NCBI GenBank assembly: GCA_036229005.1
Contig: JAZAMN010000003.1
Location: 82,084 to 146,083, forward strand
Source: Myxococcota bacterium
GTDB taxonomy: Bacteria; Myxococcota_A; UBA796; CAJQPC01
Length of the DNA stretch: 64,000 nt
Reading direction: 5' to 3'
How positions within the stretch are numbered: the stretch's first letter is position 1; each line of letters opens with the position of its first letter. The notes beneath the pieces were generated by a model. The model made no database searches, had not been told where the DNA came from, and saw only the letters and a list, made by a program, of their open reading frames with translations. Below, piece by piece: positions 21,357-31,552 of this stretch. Position numbers and translations under genes: made by a program.

Positions 21357-23048
21357 ATGTCCAAAGGCAGCTTCTGCCTGGTGCTCCACGGGCACCTCCC
21401 CTACGTCCTTCACCAGGGCAACTGGCCTCACGGCGAGGAGTGGCTCTTCGAGGCCGCCGCCGAGACCTGGCTGCCCCTGCTCTCCGCGATCGCCGAGGTC
21501 CACGAGCAGGGCGGGCACACGGGCCTGAGCCTGGGGCTGACCCCGGTGCTCCTGGAGCAGCTCAGCGCCGACCACTTCAAGCGCCGCTTCCCCCAGTGGC
21601 TGGCCGATCGCCGCAAGCAGGCCGAGGCCGACCGGGCGGAGTTCAAGGCCTGGGGTGACGGACACCTGCAGTACCTGGCCGAGCAGTGGATCCTGCACTT
21701 CGGGGGGCTGCTGGAGCGCTTCGAGGCCATCGGGCGGGACATCCCCGGCGCCTTCGCCGCCCACTGGAAGGCCGAGCGGATCGAGATCCTCAGCAGCAAC
21801 GCCACCCACGGCTACCTGCCCCTGCTGCGCAGCGACGACAGCGCCCGCGCCCAGATCCGCACCGGCCTGCGCACCTCCGAGCGCATCCTGGGTCGCCGCC
21901 CCACCGGCTTCTGGATGCCCGAGTGCGCCTACCGACCCGCCGGGAGCTGGTCCGCGCCCGTGCTGGATGGCAGCCCCATCAACCGCCGCGGGGTCGAAGA
22001 GCTGCTGGCCGAAGAGGGCGTTCGCTGGGTCGTCGTGGACGCCCACCTGCTCCGGGGCGCGCGCTCCGAGGGCATCCGCACCCCCCACGGCTACCAGAAG
22101 GTGGGCTGGGACCAGGCGAGCTGGGACAAGGAGCGGCCCTGGCGCAGCGTCCTGGAGCCCCACATCATCGGCAGCACCGGCCAGGACTCCGGCGTCGTGG
22201 CCGTGGCCCGGCATCCCGAGGTCAGCGAGCAGGTGTGGTCCGGCAAGGTCGGCTACCCCGGCGACGGGCGCTACCTGGAGTTCCACAAGAAGCACGGACA
22301 GCAGGGCCTGCGCTACTGGCGGGTGACCTCGCCGCGCACGGATCTCGGCGAGAAGGAGCGCTACCAGCCCGACCAGGTCTCCGGGGCGGTCTACTCCCAC
22401 GCTCAGCACTTCCAGGCCGTCCTCAAGGGCATCCTGCAGGGCCAGCTCGACCAGAACCCCCAGCACGGACCGGGCATGGTCTGCGCGCCCTTCGACGCGG
22501 AGCTCTTTGGCCACTGGTGGCACGAAGGCCCCCGCTTCCTGCGGGACCTCTGGCTCACCCTCAGCGCCGACCCGGACATCGAGCTGCAGACCGTCTCCCA
22601 GCGCCTGGACGCCCGGCCGCCCCAGTGTGTGGCCTGGCTCCCCGAGGGGAGCTGGGGCGAGGGCGGCGACCACCGCGTGTGGCTGAACGAGCCCCTGCGC
22701 TGGACCTGGGAGGTCGTGCACCGCGCCGAGTCGCGCATCAAGGAGCTCATCTCCCTGGTCGACCACCAGGGCAACGCCGAGCTGCGCACCGCCCTGAGCG
22801 CCGCCGCCCGAGAGGCCCTGCTCATGCAAGCCAGCGACTGGCAGTTCGTCATCCACACCCAGGGCGCCGTCGACTACGGCATCAAGCGCTTCGCCGGCCA
22901 CGCCTCGGCCTTCGACCGCCTCTGTGACCTCACTTGGGCCATCCACACCGGTCAGGACCCCGATCCCGCCCTGCGCAGCGCCCTGGAGCTCCACCAGGCC
23001 CAGAACCCCGGGGTCTTCGAGGACCTGGACCTGCAGGACTGGCAGTGA
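21357..23048 (+). CDS. GH57 1,4-alpha-glucan branching enzyme (DUF1957)
   Basis: LHGHLPY, EEWLFEA, THGYLPL, WMPECAY, PFDAELFGHWWHEGP, QASDWQF. Confidence 0.9.
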   Translation: MSKGSFCLVLHGHLPYVLHQGNWPHGEEWLFEAAAETWLPLLSAIAEVHEQGGHTGLSLGLTPVLLEQLSADHFKRRFPQWLADRRKQAEADRAEFKAWGDGHLQYLAEQWILHFGGLLERFEAIGRDIPGAFAAHWKAERIEILSSNATHGYLPLLRSDDSARAQIRTGLRTSERILGRRPTGFWMPECAYRPAGSWSAPVLDGSPINRRGVEELLAEEGVRWVVVDAHLLRGARSEGIRTPHGYQKVGWDQASWDKERPWRSVLEPHIIGSTGQDSGVVAVARHPEVSEQVWSGKVGYPGDGRYLEFHKKHGQQGLRYWRVTSPRTDLGEKERYQPDQVSGAVYSHAQHFQAVLKGILQGQLDQNPQHGPGMVCAPFDAELFGHWWHEGPRFLRDLWLTLSADPDIELQTVSQRLDARPPQCVAWLPEGSWGEGGDHRVWLNEPLRWTWEVVHRAESRIKELISLVDHQGNAELRTALSAAAREALLMQASDWQFVIHTQGAVDYGIKRFAGHASAFDRLCDLTWAIHTGQDPDPALRSALELHQAQNPGVFEDLDLQDWQ

Positions 23049-23827
23049 TCGAGCGCCGGATCTGCCCCGTCCGCGGGCGGGAGGTCCTGCTCGACACCAG
23101 CCGCGTCCGCCTGCCGCGCGCGTGGCCGACCCCCGAGCAGCAGCCGCCAGAGTGGGCAGGCCAGCAGCCCATCACGACCATCGGCCCCGTGCAGGTCCAC
23201 GCCAACGGCCGCCCCCTGCTCATCCTGGAGGCCAGCGATCCCTCGGGCGGGCTGGGCGCCAACGAGGTCCTCTTCCACGCTGACGCCTCCTGGGCCCAGG
23301 TCCTCCGGGCCGTGAACAGCCGCGTCCACTCGCTGCGGCGGGATGCCCGTCTCCGCCACTTTGTCTGGGCCTGCGATCTCGGAAGCGCCCGCAGCGAGCA
23401 GCCCCACAGCCTGCTCCTGGCCAGCCCCAGCCCGCTCCCCGCCACCCGCGAGCTCCAGCTCCGCGTGCTCCCCGAGCAGGTGCGTCACGCCCGCAGTGAG
23501 GGCCGGGTCTTGTGGGAGGGGGAGGGGGCTTGTGTGCTGCTCCCACACGCTCCGCTCACCCCCTTTGAGTGCTGGGTGCTCCACATCGACGGCACCGCGC
23601 CCGCAGGCGAGGACACCGGGTCCCTTGGCCAGGCCCTCGCGCGCTGCGTGGCCCTGCTGGGCGGCGCGCTGGCCGCGCCCCTGGCCCTGAGTCTGGCTGT
23701 CCGGGACGACGGCTGGCTCCTTGTCGTGCAGCCCCGCCTGCACCCGCCCACCGCCATGGAGCTCGCGACGGGCATCGCCATGCACGGCGTACCCTCCGAG
23801 CGGGCCGCGAGCGTCCTCCGCGCCTAA
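23045..23827 (+). CDS. Divergent galactose-1-phosphate uridylyltransferase (GalT/HIT)-like protein
   Basis: GTG 23045 overlaps the upstream TGA; ANGRP.L, GANEVL, QPHS, PHAP..PFECWVL, QPRL, MELATG. Confidence 0.55.
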   Translation: MIERRICPVRGREVLLDTSRVRLPRAWPTPEQQPPEWAGQQPITTIGPVQVHANGRPLLILEASDPSGGLGANEVLFHADASWAQVLRAVNSRVHSLRRDARLRHFVWACDLGSARSEQPHSLLLASPSPLPATRELQLRVLPEQVRHARSEGRVLWEGEGACVLLPHAPLTPFECWVLHIDGTAPAGEDTGSLGQALARCVALLGGALAAPLALSLAVRDDGWLLVVQPRLHPPTAMELATGIAMHGVPSERAASVLRA

Positions 23828-25428
23828 AGGCCCAGGCCCATCTGGAGCAGCCCGACCTCGCTGGCGGGATCTGTGGCGAGGAGCTCGTCCACCCCGTCGC
23901 CGTCGAGGTCGGCCACGGACCACGCGGCGCCCACCCCCTCTTCGATCAGCAGCTCCCACTCTCCGGAAGCATGCCTGTAGAGCGCGCCCTGGTGGTGGAT
24001 CAGCAGCTCCGGGCCCTCGCCGGCGTCCCAGGCCAGCACGCCGGTCGACGGGGTGCCCAGATCCTGCCAGCTCCCCCCGGCGAACACCCAGGTGCCCCCG
24101 TAGGGCTCCGAGGCCGCCAGGTCGTCCAGCCCGTCGCCGTCCCAGTCGCCCAGGGCCGCGATCTGCCACGCGAAGCGCCCGCCCTCCACCGCGCTGGGCT
24201 GGTGCCAACTCTGGGTGTCTCCCTGAACCCACCAGAGTCCGTCGGCCAGAGGCGCGCCCGCCGCCCACTCCTGCACGCCGTCGCCGTCGCTGTCGCCGAT
24301 CCAGGCCAGGCTCAGGCCCGTCGCGGAGCCGGCGCTGCCCACCAGCACCGGGTCGCTCAGGGGCGTGGCCTCCGCCTCCAGATCCAGCAGGTAGACCGCC
24401 CCGCGGTTGTCGTCGTGCCCGTAAGCGCCGACCAGGCCCTCCTGAACGCCGTCGCCGTCCACGTCCGCGGCCAGCAGGGTCGAGCCCGCCCAGGCCTTGA
24501 GCTCCTGGCCGATCCACAAGGACGTGGCCTCGCCGGTGAGCAGGCGTCCCTGGGCCAGGTCCTGCGCGGTGAACAGCGCGACCGCCCCCGCAGCGTAGGC
24601 GCCCCGCTCGTCTCCGGGGACACCCACGAGCAGGTCCGCCAGGCCGTCTCCGTCCACGTCTCCCGGGGCCGCGAGCGCCCAGCCGCCCAGGTCCGCGCTG
24701 CCCTCCGCCGTGAAGGTCGCCGCCAGACTGTGCGCGTCGGCGCTGCCCAGGGTGTCGGAGTACAGCAGCGCGACCCCGCCGGCCTTGGGGCGAGGCGTCC
24801 CCCAGTAGGGCAGCCCGATCGCGAGCTCAGCCCCACCATCACCGTCCATGTCGCCCACCCAGGCGGCCCCCTGACCCAGGTAGGCCTCCTCCTTGGCGTC
24901 CAGGGCGATCTGCGCCCGGGGCTCGCTGGGCTCGGTCTCCAGCTCCAGCGCCGCGTCCGACACCACGCAGCTCCGGAGCCCATCGCGGGACTGGGGCCAG
25001 AGCAGGGGACCTTCGCTGCGGAAGTCCGCGCCCTCCCAGTGGAAGGAGCCAGGGTCCTGGGCCTGCACGCCGCAGGTGGCTCGGCACAGCAGCGCCCCCC
25101 CGATGTCCTCGACGGCGAGGTCCAGCGTCCGAGCCTGCGCGGGGGACCGGGTCCCCGAAGAGTGGGCCACCCCGTTCAGGGTCACCGTACAAGCCACCTC
25201 GTCCGCGCACTGCAGCGCCGTGGGGGCCGCATCGACCAGCGCACCGTTCACCGTCCAGGTCACCGGCAGGTCCAACGCCGGGGTCTGGATGCACGCCGCC
25301 GAGTAGGGGCCGGGAGAGGTGCTCGGGGTGATCTCCAGGCTCAGGCTCACCGTCTCCACACCTGTATCGCCCGTCTCCTCGACACTGTCAGGCATCGGCG
25401 AGGTGCAGCTCAGCCAAAGCAGGATCAT
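23824..25428 (-). CDS. FG-GAP repeat lipoprotein
   Basis: MILLWLSC start (GGAGG RBS, ATGA overlap); GDMDGDGGAEL, GDVDGDGLADL, DVDGDGVQE, GDWDGDGLDDL, DLDGDGVDEL. Confidence 0.8.
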   Translation of the reverse strand: MILLWLSCTSPMPDSVEETGDTGVETVSLSLEITPSTSPGPYSAACIQTPALDLPVTWTVNGALVDAAPTALQCADEVACTVTLNGVAHSSGTRSPAQARTLDLAVEDIGGALLCRATCGVQAQDPGSFHWEGADFRSEGPLLWPQSRDGLRSCVVSDAALELETEPSEPRAQIALDAKEEAYLGQGAAWVGDMDGDGGAELAIGLPYWGTPRPKAGGVALLYSDTLGSADAHSLAATFTAEGSADLGGWALAAPGDVDGDGLADLLVGVPGDERGAYAAGAVALFTAQDLAQGRLLTGEATSLWIGQELKAWAGSTLLAADVDGDGVQEGLVGAYGHDDNRGAVYLLDLEAEATPLSDPVLVGSAGSATGLSLAWIGDSDGDGVQEWAAGAPLADGLWWVQGDTQSWHQPSAVEGGRFAWQIAALGDWDGDGLDDLAASEPYGGTWVFAGGSWQDLGTPSTGVLAWDAGEGPELLIHHQGALYRHASGEWELLIEEGVGAAWSVADLDGDGVDELLATDPASEVGLLQMGLGL

Positions 25429-26429
25429 CGGGCCTCCACGCTCAGTCCCTTCTCCTCCAAGGCTGCCTGGAAGGCGGCGGGGTCTGTGGTGGCGAAGAGC
25501 TGGTAGGTGGCGGCGGGGGTCTCCAGGGGCGCCAGCCCGACGCGCAGCAGCCACTGGCCCTGGTCCAGGGGCAGATTCAGCGTGCGCAGGCTGTGGAGGG
25601 GGTCTTCAGAGCCGGCGTGGGGCGCGCCGTCGCAGCGGTGCAGGTCCAGCGTGGTGCCGCCCTCGGGGGAGAAGAGCGCGACCTTGAGGGTGCCCGCCCG
25701 GGGGAGCTCCACCAGCCAGGCGTCCGGGTAGGGGCCGTCAAAGCGCACGCGGGAGCGCGTCCAGGTGTCCAGGGGCAGGGGGCTGGGGGCGTCCGGGACG
25801 GCGCTGAACTCCTGGATCTGCAGGCGCAGCTCGCTGTCGTCCACGTTCAGGGTGCGCGCCCCGGGGCCCAGCGCGACGTCGGTCTTGGAGGTGAGCTTCT
25901 GGCGGACCACCAGATCCTGGTCCCGCAGGCGCACGCTGCTGTCCTGGGCCAGGGGGCGGGGGGCCCAGGCGGCGCTTCCGGTCGGCATCTGGGTGCACAC
26001 GCCGGCCTGCACGCACAGCTCCAGCCGCAGCTCGATCTCGCCCTCGAAGCCAAGGACGTTCGCCCGCTTCCGCGCCTGGGGGCTCAGGCTCGCGTCGGTG
26101 AACAGGATGCGCCAGTTGGGGGCCTCGGCGGCCAGCTCCACGGGGGCGTCGCTGCGGGGAACGCTCACCCGCATGCGCTGCCAGATCCCCAGGGGGCCGG
26201 CGCGGTAGCGGACCAGCACAGACGACAGGCCGGGCTCTTGCGCGGGGAGCCGGAGCTGGAGCTCGCGCCCCTGATGCCGGGCGGGGATGTCGCCCTCCAG
26301 CACCTCCAGCTCGCGGACGTCCAGGTCGGGGAGGGTGGCGCTGACCTGGGTGTTCAGGCACGCCGGGGTGCTGGGCAGGGTCAGCTCTCCCTGGCGCTGC
26401 AGCGCACACCCCAGCAGCAGGAGCAGCAC
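25425..26429 (-). CDS. Hypothetical lipoprotein
   Basis: MLLLLLGC start directly after the upstream stop; coupled to genes on both sides. Confidence 0.6.
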   Translation of the reverse strand: MLLLLLGCALQRQGELTLPSTPACLNTQVSATLPDLDVRELEVLEGDIPARHQGRELQLRLPAQEPGLSSVLVRYRAGPLGIWQRMRVSVPRSDAPVELAAEAPNWRILFTDASLSPQARKRANVLGFEGEIELRLELCVQAGVCTQMPTGSAAWAPRPLAQDSSVRLRDQDLVVRQKLTSKTDVALGPGARTLNVDDSELRLQIQEFSAVPDAPSPLPLDTWTRSRVRFDGPYPDAWLVELPRAGTLKVALFSPEGGTTLDLHRCDGAPHAGSEDPLHSLRTLNLPLDQGQWLLRVGLAPLETPAATYQLFATTDPAAFQAALEEKGLSVEAR

Positions 26430-28235
26430 TCAGCCGCCGTTCGCGGGGGTCTCGGGGGCGCCATCTGCGGCGGGCTCGGCCGGCTCGACGGGCTCTGGGG
26501 GCGCAGGCCAGTCCACCAGGCGCATGTGCTGGGCGATCTCGGCGGCGATGCGGGGCTGCTCGCCGGCGAAGTCCTGGGTCTCGCCGGGGTCCAGGGCGAT
26601 GTTGTAGAGGTGCAGGCTGTCGCTGTCCGCGCGCCACACCGCCTTCCACTCCAGGCGCTGGACGCTGGTGCCGCTCAGGTCGGGCATCTCCGCGAGCGCG
26701 ATGGAGGGCTCCGCGGGGGCCGGCCGGTGGAAGACCTCGAACAGGACCTCGCCGTCGGTGCCGGTGAGCATGTTGGTCTCCAGGACGTCCAGCATGGTGG
26801 GGAGCAGGTCCGCGGTCTGCACCCGACGTACGACGGTCGCGGGGTGGTTGTTTCGGGGGCGCCGGATGATCAGCGGCACCGCCAGATCCTCCTCCCAGAG
26901 GCCCTTCCCGGCCACGCGCTGCCCGCCGCCGGGGTGCTCACCCAGGGAGAGGCCGTGGCTCCCGGCGACGACGATCCACGCGTCCTGGGGCGCGGCCTCC
27001 ACCAGCCGGCCGAGCTGTCGGTCCAGCTCCTGCAGGTCCTCCTGGTAGCTGCGGGGAGACGGGCCGAGCAGGTCGCTGTAGTGGACCATCAGCAGCCAGC
27101 CTTCGGGGCCTCGCTGGGCGATGAACTCCTGGGCGCGGTCGGTGATGCGCTCGGAGCCGGCCTGGTGGCGGTCCCGGATCAGCGGCAGGCGCAGCAGGTC
27201 CAGCGTGGGCAGCAGCACCGGCGTGTGGCCCATCCCCACAAAGAGCTCGTAGTAGCCAAAGCCCTGCTCCAGCCCGCGCCCGGGACCATAGGCGGCCTTG
27301 GAGATGACCGCGCCGGTGACGTAGCCCAGGTCCTGCGCGTAGTCCGCCAGGGTGCGGTGGTCGTTGGTCAGGCGCCTCAGGTCCACGCCGGCCCGGTGGG
27401 TGCTGGGGTACTGGCCGGTCAGCAGGGTGCCCAGGGCGGACATGCCCCCGGGAGCGCCCGCGGTCGCGGTGTAGGCGAAGCTCTCCACGGCCAGGGCGTC
27501 CAGCTCGGGGGTGAGGCTGGGCTGCGCGCCGGAGAGGTGGGAGACGTGGTCCGCCCGCAGGCCATCGACCACAACGAGCAACACCGCGGGCCCCTGGCCA
27601 TCCTTGCCCTTGGGCAGGTTCCGCGAGGTCGGGCTGGGCAGGAAGGCCCGCAGCGGCCAGACGAGTGCGGCCAGCAGCAGCGCCATCGCGGCGACGCGGG
27701 GGCTGCGGTCCCCCAGGGCCTTTCCGACCGCGCCCACCAGGGCGCCCGCCATCACCAACAACGCGAGGTTCACGCCGACGCCCAGCCCGCTGGCCACCGG
27801 GAAGATGCCCGAGCTGTTCAGCACCGACGAGAACAGCAGCCACGCATTGCCCGCCGCGACCGCCGCCCAGCGGTAGGCGTCCGGTTGGTTTCGCGTGATG
27901 TAGAGCACGCCGATGACGACCACGGGCGGCAGGATCACCCCCAGCACGCCACCCACGATGCCCGCGCCCGCGGCGCCCACGCCCAGCATCACGGCCATGC
28001 TCAACGCGGCCGTCAGCCACAGCGCGCCCGCGACCCCGCGGAAGCCGATGGCGCCCAAGACCAGACCCGCGAGCCCAGGCAGCAGCAGGTAGAAGGGGAG
28101 CACCTGGAGGATTTGCAGCGGCTGCAGGTGGGGCTGGCCCAGGGCCAGGTGCAGCAGCTCCTCTGCCCCGAAGAAGGCCAGACCCATGGCTGCGCCGGTC
28201 CCCGCGAGAGGTAGTGCGTCTTTCAGGCGCGACAT
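26430..28235 (-). CDS. Membrane-anchored sulfatase/alkaline-phosphatase-superfamily protein (degenerate active site)
   Basis: N-terminal TM helices; VLLVVVDGLRADH, TPELDALA, LLTGQYPSTH, GSHG, VPLII, DLLPTML, LYNIALDPGETQD. Start 28235 or 28250. Confidence 0.75.
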   Translation of the reverse strand: MSRLKDALPLAGTGAAMGLAFFGAEELLHLALGQPHLQPLQILQVLPFYLLLPGLAGLVLGAIGFRGVAGALWLTAALSMAVMLGVGAAGAGIVGGVLGVILPPVVVIGVLYITRNQPDAYRWAAVAAGNAWLLFSSVLNSSGIFPVASGLGVGVNLALLVMAGALVGAVGKALGDRSPRVAAMALLLAALVWPLRAFLPSPTSRNLPKGKDGQGPAVLLVVVDGLRADHVSHLSGAQPSLTPELDALAVESFAYTATAGAPGGMSALGTLLTGQYPSTHRAGVDLRRLTNDHRTLADYAQDLGYVTGAVISKAAYGPGRGLEQGFGYYELFVGMGHTPVLLPTLDLLRLPLIRDRHQAGSERITDRAQEFIAQRGPEGWLLMVHYSDLLGPSPRSYQEDLQELDRQLGRLVEAAPQDAWIVVAGSHGLSLGEHPGGGQRVAGKGLWEEDLAVPLIIRRPRNNHPATVVRRVQTADLLPTMLDVLETNMLTGTDGEVLFEVFHRPAPAEPSIALAEMPDLSGTSVQRLEWKAVWRADSDSLHLYNIALDPGETQDFAGEQPRIAAEIAQHMRLVDWPAPPEPVEPAEPAADGAPETPANGG

Positions 28236-28319
28236 CGCGACTCGCTCCAAGCTCCAGGTCCTCTATCGTCCCGATGTCCTGGGGTCGAACATCGCCAGGG
28301 TGGGCTACGTACAAGGAGC

Positions 28320-28976
28320 ATGCTTTCCCTCCTGCTTCTCGCGCTGAGCCCTTGGTGGCAGAGCCCCCCCGTCGCTCCCGGCACCCAGCAGGCGCGCGGG
28401 GTGCCCTACGCGTTCACCCGCACCGGGGACTGCACCCAGCACAAGCAGACCGTGGCGTGCTTTCAGGACCAGGGCCTCCGCCTGTTGGCCCGCCCCCACA
28501 GCGACCCCGTCCCGGAGAGCGCTCCCCGGGTCTGGCTGCGGGTCTCTGGCCTTGAGTGGCAGGCCTTCCACGCCCAGCCCATCGGGGAGGCGGATCTGGG
28601 CGGTCAGCGCGTCCCGGTACACCGCCTGGGACACCCCCACGCACCCCACGCCGGCTGGGAGCTCGCCCGCATCGACGAGGACACCGGTCCCCAGGGCGAG
28701 CGCGTGAAGGCGGTCTCGCTGGAGCACGCCGCGGGCTTGGTGCAGCCCAAGCTGGCCGGCCAGGCGGCGCTGGGCTGCCCGCTGGTCCCCCTGGAGGACG
28801 CGCCCATCGCCCTGCTCTACGACGACAGCGGCGCCCTCCGGATGCTGCGCCTGCAGGGCCTCCCGTCCGCGGGCCTGGGCGCCCTCGATGACCTCGCTTG
28901 TGTCGCAGAGGCCCTCTCGGGGGCGAAGGTCAAGCCGGGTGTGAAGGTGGTGGAGGCCGCATTGACGCTGCGCTGA
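28320..28976 (+). CDS. Hypothetical exported protein
   Basis: AAGGAG RBS; hydrophobic leader MLSLLLLAL; fills the gap between flanking genes. Confidence 0.6.
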   Translation: MLSLLLLALSPWWQSPPVAPGTQQARGVPYAFTRTGDCTQHKQTVACFQDQGLRLLARPHSDPVPESAPRVWLRVSGLEWQAFHAQPIGEADLGGQRVPVHRLGHPHAPHAGWELARIDEDTGPQGERVKAVSLEHAAGLVQPKLAGQAALGCPLVPLEDAPIALLYDDSGALRMLRLQGLPSAGLGALDDLACVAEALSGAKVKPGVKVVEAALTLR

Positions 28977-28989
28977 TCCGCCCCTCCTT

Positions 28990-31497
28990 TCAGCGCCAGA
29001 GCCGCCTCCAGGGGCGCTCCTTCTGGGGTTCGGGGCTCTCGTCTCCAGGGGCGCCGGGGGTCTGGGGGCCGGAGGCGTTCGGGTTGCGGCGGGACTCGAT
29101 GAGGGCCTCGATGGCGTCCAGAGGGGCCGTCAGGGGCTGCGCGCAGCCGAACACCGGGGCCTGTCCCTTGGTGAACAGCTCGGTGCCGCACTCGGTGCAG
29201 CCGGAGAGGTCCCACTCCTGGGACACGCAGAAGGCGGCCTCGACGACCTGGCGTGAGCTGGGGAAGCTGCCCCCGCCCGTCCCCGAGCCACCCATGAAAC
29301 GGGACCAGCTCGGGAGCGCCGCCTTGGACCCGGAGAGCCCCGCGCTGCCGCCCGCGTCGAAGCCGACCCAGACGGCCACGGACAGCTCGGAGGAGAAGCC
29401 CACGAACCACGCGTCGCGGTAGCCATCGGTCGTGCCGGTCTTGCCGCCCAGCTTGCCCTTGGCCCCGAAGCGGCTGGCCCGCGCGCCCGTGCCCTCGGAG
29501 ACCACGGACTCCAGGACCGAGGTGGCCAGCACCGCGGCCCGCTCGCTCGCGACCCGCTTGGAGCGCTCGGGGCGGCTCAGCAGGGTGGCGCCGGTCTCGT
29601 CCCGGACCTCGACCAGCAGGCGAGGGGAGTGGTACACGCCGCCGGCCGGGAAGGTGGTGTACGCGCCCGCGAGCTGCAGCGGGGTGCCCTCGAAGCCGCC
29701 CAGGCTCACGGAGGGGAGGTCGGTGGCGTCCTCGAGCCCCACGCTCACCAGGGAGGCCTTGAGCTCGCGGTAGCCCAGCTCTTCGGCCAGCAGCACGGCG
29801 GGGATGTTGCGGCTGTCGGAGATCGCCTCGCGCAGGGTGATCTCGCCGCGGTAGCTGCCGTCGTAGTTCTGCGGGCGCCAGACCTTGCCGTCCACGCGGC
29901 GCTCGATCTCCTCGTCCAGCAGCAGCGTCGCCGGCCCCAGCGCGGGGTCCTGGTCGAAGGCCGCCAGCATGGTCAGGGGCTTCACGGTGCTGCCCACCTG
30001 CCGCTCGGCCAGCAGCGCCCGGTTGTACTGGCTCTCGCCGTAGTCCCGCCCGCCGACCATCGCGACCACCGCGCCATCCGAGACCCGCACCGCGACCATC
30101 GCGGCCTGCACGCCGGTCGCCTTGGGGTAGGCCGCCTCCAGCTTGTCCATGGACAGGGCCAGCATCTCTTCGGCCAGGCGCTGCAGCGGGGGGTGGATGG
30201 TGCTGTGGACCTGCAGGCCCTGCGCAGCGATGGCGCCCTGACCCAGTGCGGTCTCGACCTCATCGACCAGCGCGTCCACGGCGTAGGGGGCCCGGCGCCC
30301 GCGCACGCCCGGCTGGATCTTGAGCTCCTTGGCCTTGGCCCCGTCGGCCTGGGCCTGCTCCAGCCAGAACTCGTCGACCATGCGCTGCAGGGCCAGATCC
30401 CGCCGCTCCTGGGCCCGCTCGGGGTGTCGCAGCGGCGAGTAGGTGTTGGGGCTGGAGATGATGCCCGCCAGGGTCGCGGACTCCCCCAGGCTCAGGCGGT
30501 CCACGGGCTTGCCGAAGTAGGCCTGAGCCGCCGCGTCCGCGCCACAGATCGCCGCGCCGCCGGCCTGGCCCCAGTAGATCTCGTTGAGGTAGAGCGCCAG
30601 GATCTCGTCCTTGGACAGGCTGCGCTCCAGCGCCAGGGCCAACAGCAGCTCGTGCCCCTTGCGGGAGAGCGTGCGCTCCTGGGTCAGGAAGAGGTTCTTG
30701 GCGAGCTGCTGGGTGAGTGTGGAGCCGCCCTGCCGGGTCTCGCCGGAGATCAGGTTGACCACCAGCGCCCGAGCGATGCCCAGCACCGAGACACCGGGGT
30801 GCTCGTAGAAGCGCGCGTCCTCCATGGCCAGCACCGCGTGGCGCAGGTCCTCGGGGAAGTCCTCCAGCTTGCGCGGCGTGCGCTGCTCGTTGTCCGCGCC
30901 TCGCACTCCCGCCAGCACCGTGGGGGGCAGGACGGCTGTCTTTGGGGAGAGGGAGGAGATCCGCCCGTCCGAGAACTTGACCCGCACCTCCTGCGCCGGG
31001 ATGGAGTAGCCGGGCCCCTCTTCGGCCCGCAGCCTGACGACGAGGGACTGCGATCCGACCTCAAAGTCGCCGGGCTCGGAGGCTCGCTCCACCCGGGCGT
31101 AGCCTGCCCCCTGCAGATCGAGCGCCAGGTCTTCGGGGCTGGTCTCCAGGCCTCGCCACAGGGGGATCGGACCGGAGAGCACCTCGCCGGGGAGCTCCCA
31201 GAGCTGGGACTCCAGCTTGGCCTCCACCTGCTTTGCGGCCTGTCGATAGAGCGCGCCGGTGACCACGGCGACACCCAGTCCGAGCGCGCCCACGGCGGCC
31301 GCGCTGCTCCACAACAGCCGGCGGAGGATGCCGCGCCAGTCGACCCCGCCCTTGCCCTTGGCCTTGCTTGGGCCCTTGGACGCCCGGGGCGCCTTGGGCT
31401 TGGTGGCCCGCTTGGTGCCCTTGCTCCGGGGGCTGCCCTTGCTCCCTGAGCGGCCCTTCCTGGGGCCGCCTCCGCGCTTGTCTCCTCTGCTGGCCAC
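28990..31497 (-). CDS. mrcB: Class A penicillin-binding protein (PBP1B-like)
   Basis: Basic N-terminus, TM, UB2H-like region; EDARFYEH, QGGSTLTQQLAKN, RKxxE; STVK (SxxK), SRN, KTGT. Start estimated at GTG 31497. Confidence 0.85.
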   Translation of the reverse strand: MASRGDKRGGGPRKGRSGSKGSPRSKGTKRATKPKAPRASKGPSKAKGKGGVDWRGILRRLLWSSAAAVGALGLGVAVVTGALYRQAAKQVEAKLESQLWELPGEVLSGPIPLWRGLETSPEDLALDLQGAGYARVERASEPGDFEVGSQSLVVRLRAEEGPGYSIPAQEVRVKFSDGRISSLSPKTAVLPPTVLAGVRGADNEQRTPRKLEDFPEDLRHAVLAMEDARFYEHPGVSVLGIARALVVNLISGETRQGGSTLTQQLAKNLFLTQERTLSRKGHELLLALALERSLSKDEILALYLNEIYWGQAGGAAICGADAAAQAYFGKPVDRLSLGESATLAGIISSPNTYSPLRHPERAQERRDLALQRMVDEFWLEQAQADGAKAKELKIQPGVRGRRAPYAVDALVDEVETALGQGAIAAQGLQVHSTIHPPLQRLAEEMLALSMDKLEAAYPKATGVQAAMVAVRVSDGAVVAMVGGRDYGESQYNRALLAERQVGSTVKPLTMLAAFDQDPALGPATLLLDEEIERRVDGKVWRPQNYDGSYRGEITLREAISDSRNIPAVLLAEELGYRELKASLVSVGLEDATDLPSVSLGGFEGTPLQLAGAYTTFPAGGVYHSPRLLVEVRDETGATLLSRPERSKRVASERAAVLATSVLESVVSEGTGARASRFGAKGKLGGKTGTTDGYRDAWFVGFSSELSVAVWVGFDAGGSAGLSGSKAALPSWSRFMGGSGTGGGSFPSSRQVVEAAFCVSQEWDLSGCTECGTELFTKGQAPVFGCAQPLTAPLDAIEALIESRRNPNASGPQTPGAPGDESPEPQKERPWRRLWR

Positions 31498-31552
31498 GGT
31501 CGTCCTGGGTGGTGGGGGTGCACTGCGATATACCCCGCAGCCGGAGAAAGTC

